Assembly: GCA_965223905.1 (NCBI GenBank)
Contig: CBDCXV010000002.1
Span: 594,985-658,984 of the forward strand
Source of the DNA: Candidatus Latescibacterota bacterium
GTDB lineage: Bacteria > Latescibacterota > UBA2968 > UBA8231
Direction of reading: 5' to 3'
DNA length: 64,000 bases
Below the pieces are notes generated by a model. It saw only the letters and a program-made list of their open reading frames with translations, had not been told where the DNA came from and searched no databases. A program made the position numbers and the translations under genes. This document shows positions 30,419 through 39,503 of the stretch, piece by piece (positions within the stretch are counted from its first letter, which is position 1; each line of letters begins with the position of its first letter).

Positions 30419-31213
30419 ATGACCACTTCCAGCGCCATCCAGCAACAGTTCCGGACCGACGGTTTTTACCTCGCCGCGGAGCCCGTTCTGCCTGGCGGCA
30501 TCGTGCAGGCCGCTGTCGCCGGCATGGACGCGGTGCGCGAGGGCCGCTACGACGCCGGCCAGCCTCCCCCGCCCTCGCACTGGAATCCGGGCGACGATCC
30601 CGGCGAGCTGTGCAAGATAGAGCTGCCCCAGCAGGCCGATCTCGGCATCCGCGCCCTGGTCAGCCATCCCGACCTGGGCCATTGGGCCGCCCGCGTCACC
30701 GGCGCCCGCAGGGTGCAGGTCTGGTGGACGCAACTGCTCTACAAGCCGCCCCAACCCGCCGAAGGGGAGGCCGAGCTCAACATCGGCTGGCACCAGGACC
30801 GGCACTACTGGAGGGCGTGGGAGGAGGGCAGCGAGCTGTTCACCGCCTGGGTGGCCTTGAGCGACGTGACCGCGGATGCCGGCCCCATGCGCTTCGTGCG
30901 GGGTTCGCACCGGTGGGGCCTGTTGGACGACGGCGGTTTCTACCGCCAGGACCTCGACGACCAGCGCGAGGCCATTCCCGTGCCTGCCGGCCGATCCTGG
31001 GAGGAGGTGCCCGCCCTTCTCCCGCAGGGGGGCGCCAGCTTCCACCACTGCCTCACCTTCCACGGCAGCGGTCCCAACCGCTCGGCCGGTCCCAGGCGCA
31101 GCCTCGCCATCCACATGCGCACGGAACAGTCCGCCCCGGTGGGGGACCGCCGCGAGGGCCTCACCGCGTTTTTGGACGATCCCGAGCGCAACCCCGTCAT
31201 CTTCTGCGAATAG
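30419..31213 (+). CDS. Phytanoyl-CoA dioxygenase (PhyH) family
   Basis: FRTDGFY, WHQD, TAWVALSD and HGSGPN. Confidence 0.9.
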   Translation: MTTSSAIQQQFRTDGFYLAAEPVLPGGIVQAAVAGMDAVREGRYDAGQPPPPSHWNPGDDPGELCKIELPQQADLGIRALVSHPDLGHWAARVTGARRVQVWWTQLLYKPPQPAEGEAELNIGWHQDRHYWRAWEEGSELFTAWVALSDVTADAGPMRFVRGSHRWGLLDDGGFYRQDLDDQREAIPVPAGRSWEEVPALLPQGGASFHHCLTFHGSGPNRSAGPRRSLAIHMRTEQSAPVGDRREGLTAFLDDPERNPVIFCE

Positions 31214-31216
31214 CAC

Positions 31217-31963
31217 GTGGACCCCGTCCTCGGACAGCTGGGTCTGGAGCCGAGCACCCTGCCCCGGCGCCACCTGGAGGAACTGGACCGGAAGGGGTTC
31301 ACCATTCTGCCCGGTATCATCGACCCGGCCTGGCGCGCCGAGCTGGCCAGGGCATTCGACCGCCTGTCCGAGGAGGAAGGGGACCGCGCCGGCAGCGAAG
31401 TGGGGCTGGCGCCCGGAGTGCGACGCCTGGCCGACCTGGCAAACAAGGGGGAGGTGTTCGACCGCATCTATCTCCACCCGGCACTGTTGCGGGCGGTCTG
31501 GCACGTCCTGAAGCGCCCCTTCAAGCTGCACTCGCTCAATGGCCACGACCCTCTGCCGGGCCAGGGACAGCAGCACTTGCACACGGACTGGGGCGGCGAC
31601 CGGACCGTCTTTCACGTGGTCAATTCCATGTGGATGCTCGACGAATTCACCGCCGACAACGGCGCCACCCGCGTAGTGCCGGGAACCCATCTGCTGCCCG
31701 AAAAGATCGATGCCTACGTCGAGGACCGGACGGCTCCCCGGGAGGGCGAAGTCCAGCTGATCGCCCCGGCCGGATCGGTGGGCATCTTCAACGGCAGCTT
31801 GTGGCACAGCTGCAGCCACAACCGGACGACGGCCAGGCGGCGCACCCTGCACTGCGCCTTCATCGCCCGCGAGCACCCGCAGCAGACCGACCAGAAGAAG
31901 TACCTGCGCCCGGAGACCGCCCGGCGCCTCGGTCCGCTGGCCCGCTACGTTCTGGATGTGTGA
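31217..31963 (+). CDS. Phytanoyl-CoA dioxygenase (PhyH) family
   Basis: LHTD, NGATRVVPGTH and LWH. Confidence 0.9.
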   Translation: MDPVLGQLGLEPSTLPRRHLEELDRKGFTILPGIIDPAWRAELARAFDRLSEEEGDRAGSEVGLAPGVRRLADLANKGEVFDRIYLHPALLRAVWHVLKRPFKLHSLNGHDPLPGQGQQHLHTDWGGDRTVFHVVNSMWMLDEFTADNGATRVVPGTHLLPEKIDAYVEDRTAPREGEVQLIAPAGSVGIFNGSLWHSCSHNRTTARRRTLHCAFIAREHPQQTDQKKYLRPETARRLGPLARYVLDV

Positions 31964-32034
31964 GCCTGTTCTTCAGCGAGTGTTGAAACGCTGACAGGCC
32001 AGCGGCCCTGCATACCGGTGAAGGACAGCACCCC

Positions 32035-33159
32035 TTACAGGGACAAACGCGCCCAGCGCACCTCCATGCAGGCGTCGTCGCCGGCGTAATAGACGACCAT
32101 GACGTCGCCGTCCGGCAGGGCCGCGGAAAAAGGCAGCCCGAAACTCCACAGGCCCATTTCCGCCAGCAGGTCGCCGGTGTCCCCCAGGCCGGCAGCGGTC
32201 TGGTCGCCGCCGCCGGTCTGGCGGTACAGCTCCACCTCGGTGGCCGCCCCGAAAGGGGCGTCCGCGGCCGCTGCCAGGCGGGCCCGGATCGAGCGCGACC
32301 CGAAGCGGTCGACCCAGGCCAGGACCGCGCGGCCGTCGGGCAGGATGGCCGGATGGGCCGCCTGGTCGGCGAAACCGAGATCCTCGGGGGCGGACCAGGT
32401 GGCCCCCTCGTCCGTGCTCAGGCGCCGCTGGATGTTGAGGTAGCGGGTCGTCTGCCGGTCGTAGGTCCAGGTGAAGGTGGCCAGGCGGCCGTCGGGGAAG
32501 ACCCCGGCGCGCTGGTCCCAGTGGAAGATGCGGCCGGCCGGGTCCTGGCAGGTGGTGACCGGATCGCTCCAGGTCAGGCCCTGGTCTTCGGAGTACAGAT
32601 ACACCACCCGCTGCAGCCAGGGACCGCGGTCCCGGTAGGTCTTGTTGGTCTCGATGCTCAGGGCCAGGCGGCCGCTCGGCAGAACGAGCACGGGGTTGGT
32701 GAGACTGGGCGGGCCGACGTCCGCGGGGACCGGCACGGGGCGCCATCCGGACCAGGTGCGCCCCAGGTCGTGGGAATCGGCCACGACCATCTCAGTGGGA
32801 ATGCAGCCCTCGGTCTCCTCGTTGAAGAGGGGTTGCCCCGGATAGGTCTGGCGGTCGACCCACATGGCGGCAAGCAACAGGCGGCTGTTGCCCAGGTCGG
32901 TGATGTAGCCGACCCGGAGCGAGCCGTTCATCCCGTTCAGGGTCGTGGCGAAAGGGGTTTCGGGTGCGCCCCAGGATTTCCCGCCGTCGTCCGAACGCCT
33001 CAACTCGACGGTGCCGTCCGCCGAGTCCTTGCTGCTGCCGACGCGGTAGCTGGCCAGCAGCGAGCCGTCGGCCAGGGGGGTCAGGGCGGGGAAGGTCGAA
33101 TAGGCGCGCCGAGTTCCCGGCTGGCCGCGGTTGATACTGCCTCGATCGCTGATTTCCAT
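32035..33159 (-). CDS. Sialidase-like BNR/Asp-box beta-propeller
   Basis: Asp boxes SDDGGKSW, SHDLGRTW, SEDQGLTW and STDEGATW; start at MEISDRG. Confidence 0.85.
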   Translation of the reverse strand: MEISDRGSINRGQPGTRRAYSTFPALTPLADGSLLASYRVGSSKDSADGTVELRRSDDGGKSWGAPETPFATTLNGMNGSLRVGYITDLGNSRLLLAAMWVDRQTYPGQPLFNEETEGCIPTEMVVADSHDLGRTWSGWRPVPVPADVGPPSLTNPVLVLPSGRLALSIETNKTYRDRGPWLQRVVYLYSEDQGLTWSDPVTTCQDPAGRIFHWDQRAGVFPDGRLATFTWTYDRQTTRYLNIQRRLSTDEGATWSAPEDLGFADQAAHPAILPDGRAVLAWVDRFGSRSIRARLAAAADAPFGAATEVELYRQTGGGDQTAAGLGDTGDLLAEMGLWSFGLPFSAALPDGDVMVVYYAGDDACMEVRWARLSL

Positions 33160-33525
33160 TTTGATCTCCCAGGTTCGGGCGCTCCCTCGATGCCGGCATG
33201 GTTTCCATCCGCTGCAGCTGCCATCCCCCGGGCAAGGCGGCGCGGCCGGGGAAAGTGCGGGGGCAGGTGGGGCCGCGGCAGGAGGGGAATGACTGAATAT
33301 AGCTCCGACCGAAGCTGCGTTCGCCGGGATGCCCCGCACTGACAGTCCCTTGAAAAAGTCCATCTGGGCCGCGGCCCGCCCTGACGGTCGACCGCAATGA
33401 CTCGGCCTCGCCTGCAGAGCAATTTAATCAACGGGCTGCCAAGGGGAACGAGCATATGCCGCAGGCTCGGAGCTGGCTCGCAGGCAATGTCCCTGTGGAC
33501 AGGTTTGCAGGCGTCGTCTTGTTTC

Positions 33526-33554
33526 TTGACATGAAATTTTCATGTTTTCATCTT
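33526..33554 (+). promoter_or_regulatory. sigma70-type promoter overlapped by a palindromic operator
   Basis: TTGACA-17 bp-CATCTT; palindrome ACATGAAA-T-TTTCATGT at 33529-33545. Confidence 0.6.
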
Positions 33555-33560
33555 AATCGC

Positions 33561-33836
33561 ATGTCCACAATGATTCAGATTCGCAACGTCCCGGAACTCA
33601 TGCATCGCCGCCTGAAAGCGCGCGCCGCGATGGAGGGTGTCTCCATGTCGCAGTACGTGATGTGGGCGATCGAGCGGGCGCTGGAGCGGCCGAGCCGGAA
33701 GGAACTGCTTGCGGCTATCCGCCGGCAGCCCGAGTCGGCTCTCGAACCATCGCCGGCCGACCTGCTCGGCGCGGAACGGGACGCCCGCGGCGACGCGAGC
33801 GTCAACGACGAGGATTCCGGCGAGCGAGAGCGGTAG
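33561..33836 (+). CDS. Ribbon-helix-helix antitoxin (FitA/VapB-like)
   Basis: MSTMIQIRNVPE..HRRLKARAA.EG.SMSQY, upstream of a PIN gene. Confidence 0.85.
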   Translation: MSTMIQIRNVPELMHRRLKARAAMEGVSMSQYVMWAIERALERPSRKELLAAIRRQPESALEPSPADLLGAERDARGDASVNDEDSGERER

Positions 33837-33842
33837 GCACCG

Positions 33843-34235
33843 TTGCTGGTTCTCGATGCCTCGGCTGCGGTCGAGTTGTTGCTGAATACGGCGTCGGGAA
33901 AGCGCGTCGCGAAGAGGGTGGAAAACCCCGCTGTCAGCATCCACGTACCCCACCTCATCGACGTGGAGATCGCTCACGTACTCCGGCGCTACGCCCTGCG
34001 AGGAACGTTGAGCGCCGCACGTGGAGAACTTGCCCTCGACCAATGGCGTGCCCTCGACGTCGAACGGTACCCGCACGAGTTGTTCCTCGACCGGATCTGG
34101 CAGCTTCGCGACAACGTCAGCGCTTACGACGCGGTGTACGTCGCGCTGGCCGAGGCGCTCGGGGCGGTGCTCGTGACCGGCGACCGCCGGCTGGCCGGCG
34201 CCCCGGGCCTGGGTATCCGCATCGAGCCGGCATGA
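33843..34235 (+). CDS. vapC: PIN-domain toxin
   Basis: LVLDASAAVELL, YDAVYVALAE and LVTGDRRL. Confidence 0.9.
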   Translation: MLVLDASAAVELLLNTASGKRVAKRVENPAVSIHVPHLIDVEIAHVLRRYALRGTLSAARGELALDQWRALDVERYPHELFLDRIWQLRDNVSAYDAVYVALAEALGAVLVTGDRRLAGAPGLGIRIEPA

Positions 34236-34441
34236 TGGGGCCGCGGCGGCATCCGGGTCCCACCGGGTTTCCCCTGGCAGAAGCCCTGCGCAGTAGCTCG
34301 GGGGCGGACGGTTCCACCCTTTAACGGCCGCTACACATCCGAGGGGGGTCAGCCGGGAGGGATAGTGGAAGAATCGACCATGACATCAAGGCACAGGGGG
34401 GGTGCTGGTTGCCCGAAGATTATCGCGCCTGAGCCGAGGCT

Positions 34442-34466
34442 GCGGCGAACCTCGGAGCCGGATGGG
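34442..34466. repeat. 25-bp direct repeat also at 35400-35424 (REP-like)
   Basis: GCGGCGAACCTCGGAGCCGGATGGG at the 3' ends of two adjacent minus-strand genes. Confidence 0.7.
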
Positions 34467-34478
34467 TGAGCCTGGAGG

Positions 34479-35333
34479 CTATCCGGGGTAGTCGTACTTC
34501 CGGTTGCGGCTGATGTAGTCGATCTGCCCGTCCACGAATTCCGCTACCGTCTCCAGCGCGCTGTCCGTAAACAGCCCTTCCGTCCCCCTGGGAAACAGCA
34601 GCGGTTTCTCCGTGTGCCACCAGCGCACCCAGTGGATCATGGCGATCATCGGGCGTGGCTGGCCGGTGAGGTTGGGCATGCCGCGGTGCCAGAGGCGCAT
34701 GTCGCGGATCAGCACGCTGCCGGCCGGCAGCGTCGGCTGCAGGGGCTGGTGCAGATCGCGCAGGCGCTCTTCGGTTGCGGGCGAAAACTTGATGTCGGCG
34801 TCGCCGATGGCGCGGGTGGTGTCGAGGTGAGTGCCGGGCCAGAGCTCGGTGCTGCCGTTTTCCGGGGTGGAGTCGACGACCGGCACGTTGACGACGAGGC
34901 CGTAGGCCGGCGTCGCTGCCTCGAGGTCCGGCCAGAGCTGGCCCGCGTCGACGTGGAGCGGTTGCCGGGTGGTGTTGGGCAGGCAGGTGTTGCCGCTGTA
35001 GAAGGCGTTCTTGACCCCGTCGCCGAGAACCGCCCGCGTCACCTCGACGACCAGGTCGTTGACCAGCACGTCGCCGAAGAGATAGGGCGGGAAGGGAGGC
35101 GGGTCCTGCTGCAGGTGGCCGCCGTTGAACTGGTAGGGGACGTCGGCCAGGGCGAGGATCTTCTCGACGTCGGCGAGCATGCGCTCGCGCAGCGTTCCGA
35201 TGTGGGCGGGTTCGATGGCGCCGTGGAGGAGGACGAAGCCATCCTCCTGCAGGGCGGTGACCGCCCGTTGCAGGTGCTCCGCTTTCAGTTTGCGCGAGTT
35301 GTGTTCGGCCGCGCTCAGTTCCAGTTCGGTCAT
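34479..35333 (-). CDS. Phytanoyl-CoA dioxygenase (PhyH) family
   Basis: Start MTELELS; EDGFV, LHVD, NGSTELWPGTH and WHRGMPN. Confidence 0.9.
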   Translation of the reverse strand: MTELELSAAEHNSRKLKAEHLQRAVTALQEDGFVLLHGAIEPAHIGTLRERMLADVEKILALADVPYQFNGGHLQQDPPPFPPYLFGDVLVNDLVVEVTRAVLGDGVKNAFYSGNTCLPNTTRQPLHVDAGQLWPDLEAATPAYGLVVNVPVVDSTPENGSTELWPGTHLDTTRAIGDADIKFSPATEERLRDLHQPLQPTLPAGSVLIRDMRLWHRGMPNLTGQPRPMIAMIHWVRWWHTEKPLLFPRGTEGLFTDSALETVAEFVDGQIDYISRNRKYDYPG

Positions 35334-35383
35334 GACATTCGGTTGCAGATTGTGATCGTTGGTTTGCCGGTGACTCGCAGGCG

Positions 35384-36313
35384 CTATGCCGAGGCCGGGG
35401 CGGCGAACCTCGGAGCCGGATGGGCGAGCTGCGGTTCCGCTGCCAGGTGCCGGTACACGTCGCCGCAGGAAGCCAGGGTCAGGCCGGCTTCGCGGGCGTG
35501 CTCCAGCAGCAGGTCGATCTGCCCGGCCCCGCGGTCCACCCGGTGGATCGACCAGGGATGAAAGCAGGGAACGTAGGTGAGAAGCCCCCGGTCGCGGCAG
35601 TGCTCGATGCCCGGAGCGTAGGCTTCGTACACCTCGCGGGCGGTGGTGGGCATCCGCGCGGGGTAGCCCCAGGGCAGCGCCGGCGGCCATGCCGCGGTTG
35701 CCGGCTGGCCCGTGAGGATGTTGTCGTGCCAGGCGTGGGCGGATATCTCCAGCAGCTCCGGGAAGCCGTCGCCGTCGAACCAGAACGGCTGCGTCAGCGG
35801 CGCCGGGGCGGCGTTGTCCGCCTGCCAGCTCAGGGTGCGGACGTACCGGTAACCGGCTTCCCAAACCGCTTCGAGCAGCTCCGTTTCGCCGAGAAAGCCG
35901 TGCCCGTGGCCGCCCGGCGCCGTAAAGCCGGTCACCCCGCGTCCGAACAGGTCCTCTATGACGCGTTTGGAGTCGGCCAGCTCGTGGCGCATCGCCGCCG
36001 GATCGTCCCGGATCGCCAGCATGTTCCGGTGCGTGAAGCTGTGGGACTGCAGATCGAACAGGTCGTGATCGAGGATCTCCCGCAGGCGCGGTCCCGCGGC
36101 AACGGCGAGTCGGGCGACGATGAAGAAAGTGGCCGGGGCCTGTCGACGCAGGTGCACCTCGGCCACCGCGCGCACCCCGTCGAGGCACTCGTCCAGGCGC
36201 GCCCCTTCGTAGCTGACCACCTGCTGATAGCTCCTCGCGGAACCTGGGGTCTCCCCGAGCTCCCACCAGGGGAAGATTGCCTCGGTGTCGTATCCTGCTA
36301 CGTAGAAAGTCAT
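35384..36313 (-). CDS. Polysaccharide deacetylase family (NodB-like)
   Basis: YDTE, PATFFIV, SHSFTH, GFTAPGG and FHPWS. Confidence 0.85.
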   Translation of the reverse strand: MTFYVAGYDTEAIFPWWELGETPGSARSYQQVVSYEGARLDECLDGVRAVAEVHLRRQAPATFFIVARLAVAAGPRLREILDHDLFDLQSHSFTHRNMLAIRDDPAAMRHELADSKRVIEDLFGRGVTGFTAPGGHGHGFLGETELLEAVWEAGYRYVRTLSWQADNAAPAPLTQPFWFDGDGFPELLEISAHAWHDNILTGQPATAAWPPALPWGYPARMPTTAREVYEAYAPGIEHCRDRGLLTYVPCFHPWSIHRVDRGAGQIDLLLEHAREAGLTLASCGDVYRHLAAEPQLAHPAPRFAAPASA

Positions 36314-36394
36314 GGCGGCACCAACCCTACGCCGGTGCCGGGCGCCGGGCAAGGGGGTGGAGGTCTACAGGTCCGATGACGATTTCGGAGCTTC

Positions 36395-36572
36395 GGGAAG
36401 TCCATGAGGACCACTGTTTCCTCCTCGGCGACACCCGGGACTACAGTACCGACAGCCGCACCCACGGCCCGGTCCGCGCGCCTTCCTGCGCGCCAAAGCG
36501 GGGATCGTGTACCTTTCGGTCAGGGATGGATTTTCCGTCCGCTGGAACCGCTTCGGGCACCTTGTCCGCTGA
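36395..36572 (+). pseudogene. Signal peptidase I, C-terminal fragment
   Basis: VHEDHCFLLGDTRDYSTDSRTHGPV (box E GDNRxxSxDSR), then frameshifted KAGIVYLS...RWNRFG. Confidence 0.7.
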
Positions 36573-36647
36573 ATCCTCCACGTTTCCCGCATTCCAGGAT
36601 TCCGGCGGTCCGAGGCCGAACTTCTATCCGCGCAGGCGACAAACCGC

Positions 36648-36950
36648 ATGACCACTCTACCTGATCACCCCGCCCCGCCGCCGAGCCCCGGCCGCGCGGG
36701 CAGCGCATCGGCCTGTGGCTCGGACCCCTGCTGTTCGCCCTCACCCTGCTGCTCGACCTCGAGCCCGGCAGGCCGGAGATCACGCGCATGGCCGCGGTGG
36801 CCCTGCTCATGGCCACCTGGTGGATCACCGCCCCACGGCTTCCGGACCACCGGACTGGCCCGTTTCATCGGCGACGGTTTCAACGGGCTCGGCTCGGTGC
36901 CGCCACTCCTCCTCATCCTCGGCATCTGCCTGACGATCACCTTCCTCACT
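36648..36950 (+). pseudogene. Internally deleted copy of the SLC13/DASS transporter gene
   Basis: 36701-36830 matches 39561-39690 and 36831-36948 matches ~40620-40738. Confidence 0.85.
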
Positions 36951-37040
36951 ACAATCCCTGCGTCCTTGTTTTTTCGCGGTTATGGTTCTCGCGTTGCTTT
37001 TTTTGATCCCGGACAAGGCACGCCTTAAGGAGGTTGAAAA

Positions 37041-39248
37041 ATGAAACTGTCGGGGATAGGCACCTTGAAGAAGCTACCAAAGTGGTGGGTTGGGTCCTTG
37101 GCAGCAGTTCTCGGCCTTGCTCTGGCATCGGTCTCTTTCGCCCATCAGCCCGAAGGGGTCGTGTACCCGGTTTTTCAATGGCCTGAAGGGCAGGAGCCAG
37201 TTATCGATGGCGACCTATGGGAATGGGATATGATCCCGGACGAGTACCGCATCTCGTCCTCCATTTGTCGAAGTTTCAACGGAGACTCCCCGGAGGCTTA
37301 CGGGCTGGAATCCGAGATCATCGTCAGTTGGAGCGAGTCCCAGAACAAGATCTACATCCTGGAAGTCCGGCAGGACGATGATTTCATCCTCGGGGACCCG
37401 GACACCTATGGCGACGCCATCGACATACAACTGGACGGCGATCACGGGGGCGAACTCATTTACTTCAGTCAAGATGAATACCCGGATGATGAAGAGCGAA
37501 GTCTCAACAAGGGCCGCCGGGCGCAATCCTACGTTCAGTTTCTTCCGGGCAGCACTCGGGGTCCGGAGGATACTTGGGCCTGGTTCTGGGTCAGCGAGTC
37601 TACCTGGTATGACCAGCCGGAATACATGGACATGGCCTATGTATTCGAAGGCCAACTGAGGGGGGAGGGCCTGCTGGTGACCGAGTCCAGTTGGACCTTG
37701 TGGGACGATTTTATCTGGAACGACCCGGACGCCTCCGTCCAAACCGATCTCGAAGAGGGCCACATCATCGGCCTGGGATGGATATACCATGATTTTAATG
37801 ATGAGGGTGATAGGTCCGTGTTTTATTGCAGCGGGCCCGAGGCAGAGGATCAGTATAGAACTTCGGCCTCGATTTCGGACTTTCTTCTGGAACCGGCCTA
37901 CCATTGGCCTGACTACTCCATCCTCCTCCCCGACCCACCCCCCTGTCCTTGCCAGGAGGTGGACGACGATTCGGTTGTCATATGGGAATCTTGGAGGCGC
38001 TTCAAGGGGCCTTCAGATGGAGTCAATTTCCTGTCGTTTTCACCGGATGGGCGCACCCTGGCCAGTAGCAGTTGGGACCGAACAGTTCGGCTTTGGGATG
38101 TCGACACGGGTACACCCCAGGCCACCCTGGAAGGCCATGGGGGTACGGTCTTAGAGGTGGCGTTTTCGCCGGATGGGGGCACCCTTGCCAGTGGGAGTAT
38201 GGACGGCACGATTCGGCTGTGGAATGTGAGAACGGGCCAACTCGACACCAGCCTTTCAATTGATCCTGGGAGGGGTGTCTGGTCCGTGGCGTTTTCGCCG
38301 GATGGCGAAACGCTGGCCAGTGGAGGTAACGATGGCGAGGTTCATCTGTGGGATGTGGGAACGGGCCAACAAGTGACCAGCATTGGACATTCCATTTATT
38401 GCGGTTCCCTGGCGTTTTCGCCGGATGGCGAATCGCTGGCCTGTGGGGTATCATTCGGCGGGCTTAACCTTTTTGAAGTTGGGCCGGGGACACTGGGGTG
38501 GCCAAGCGCCTCGAAAGTGACTATTTCGCCGGATGGCGGTGCACCGAAGAGGACGGAGTTGCCGCCACAACCCTCCGGGGTCGGTACCGTTGCCTTTACT
38601 CCGGATGGCAGCAAGTTGGCCTGGGGGCTGCCCTTTGGCGGGACGACTCGGTTGTGGGATCTGGACAGGGACCAGGAGAGCACTCTTCGGGACAGGGGTT
38701 ATGTGGCCTTCTCGCCGGATGGCCAAACCCTGGCGATTGCTGATGACTGGAACTCGGACACGATAATTCGCTTGTGGGATGCGGAAACCGGTCAACACAA
38801 GGCCACCCTGAAGGGGCCCCTGAATGATAGGACCCATTCGATAGCGTTTTCACCGGACGGGACTCTAGCCAGTGCGGGTAAAGGTGGCATCCTTTTGTGG
38901 GACATGTCGCCATTCATAACGGATCATTCTGAAATAACGGTTGTATCTGCCGTGGGACCCGCGGTGCCTGTCGTCAGCGGCCTGGATGCGATTGCGCCCA
39001 ATCCCTTCAACACCACCACTCGGATTTCCTACCGCATGGCCACCCCCGGCCAGGTGCGTCTGGAGATCTACAATACCCTCGGCCAGCGGGTGCGCACGCT
39101 GGTAGACGAAGCCCGACCCGCCGGCTCCTACCAGGTTCTCTGGGACGCCCGCGACCAGGAGGGCGCCGTAGTTTCGGCCGGGGTTTACCTCGCTCGCCTT
39201 CACTATCGCGACGGTGCGGAGACGCGGCGGCTGCTCTACCTCAAGTAG
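37041..39248 (+). CDS. Secreted protein: CBM9/DOMON-like domain, WD40 propeller, FlgD-Ig tail
   Basis: RBS AAGGAGG; signal peptide; repeats AFSPDG.TLAS...RLWD; PNPFNTTT...RRLLYLK. Confidence 0.88.
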   Translation: MKLSGIGTLKKLPKWWVGSLAAVLGLALASVSFAHQPEGVVYPVFQWPEGQEPVIDGDLWEWDMIPDEYRISSSICRSFNGDSPEAYGLESEIIVSWSESQNKIYILEVRQDDDFILGDPDTYGDAIDIQLDGDHGGELIYFSQDEYPDDEERSLNKGRRAQSYVQFLPGSTRGPEDTWAWFWVSESTWYDQPEYMDMAYVFEGQLRGEGLLVTESSWTLWDDFIWNDPDASVQTDLEEGHIIGLGWIYHDFNDEGDRSVFYCSGPEAEDQYRTSASISDFLLEPAYHWPDYSILLPDPPPCPCQEVDDDSVVIWESWRRFKGPSDGVNFLSFSPDGRTLASSSWDRTVRLWDVDTGTPQATLEGHGGTVLEVAFSPDGGTLASGSMDGTIRLWNVRTGQLDTSLSIDPGRGVWSVAFSPDGETLASGGNDGEVHLWDVGTGQQVTSIGHSIYCGSLAFSPDGESLACGVSFGGLNLFEVGPGTLGWPSASKVTISPDGGAPKRTELPPQPSGVGTVAFTPDGSKLAWGLPFGGTTRLWDLDRDQESTLRDRGYVAFSPDGQTLAIADDWNSDTIIRLWDAETGQHKATLKGPLNDRTHSIAFSPDGTLASAGKGGILLWDMSPFITDHSEITVVSAVGPAVPVVSGLDAIAPNPFNTTTRISYRMATPGQVRLEIYNTLGQRVRTLVDEARPAGSYQVLWDARDQEGAVVSAGVYLARLHYRDGAETRRLLYLK

Positions 39249-39503
39249 CCATTCCGGTGAGGTGGTGCACCTGATGGATAACCGATCGCACCCCAGAGGC
39301 CTCACTTGCCATTTTGCAGCAGCGTTCTTGAGTCCTTGGCCTACAGGGAGCCAGCCACGGTCAGCCGGACCCCGGGGGGATATACTGGACTGAGGAGAGA
39401 GACCTCGGCTGGATTCAGCGATCCGACCTTGACTCGAGGTGAAGCCGAACCGGATCGCATTGGAACCGATCCTGGGAAAAGATCTACTTCAGGCGGCGGC
39501 CCC

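Noticed and set aside
38030-38900. Recurring GCGTTTTCGCCGGATGG
   Set aside because: It encodes the AFSPDG motif of WD40 repeats.
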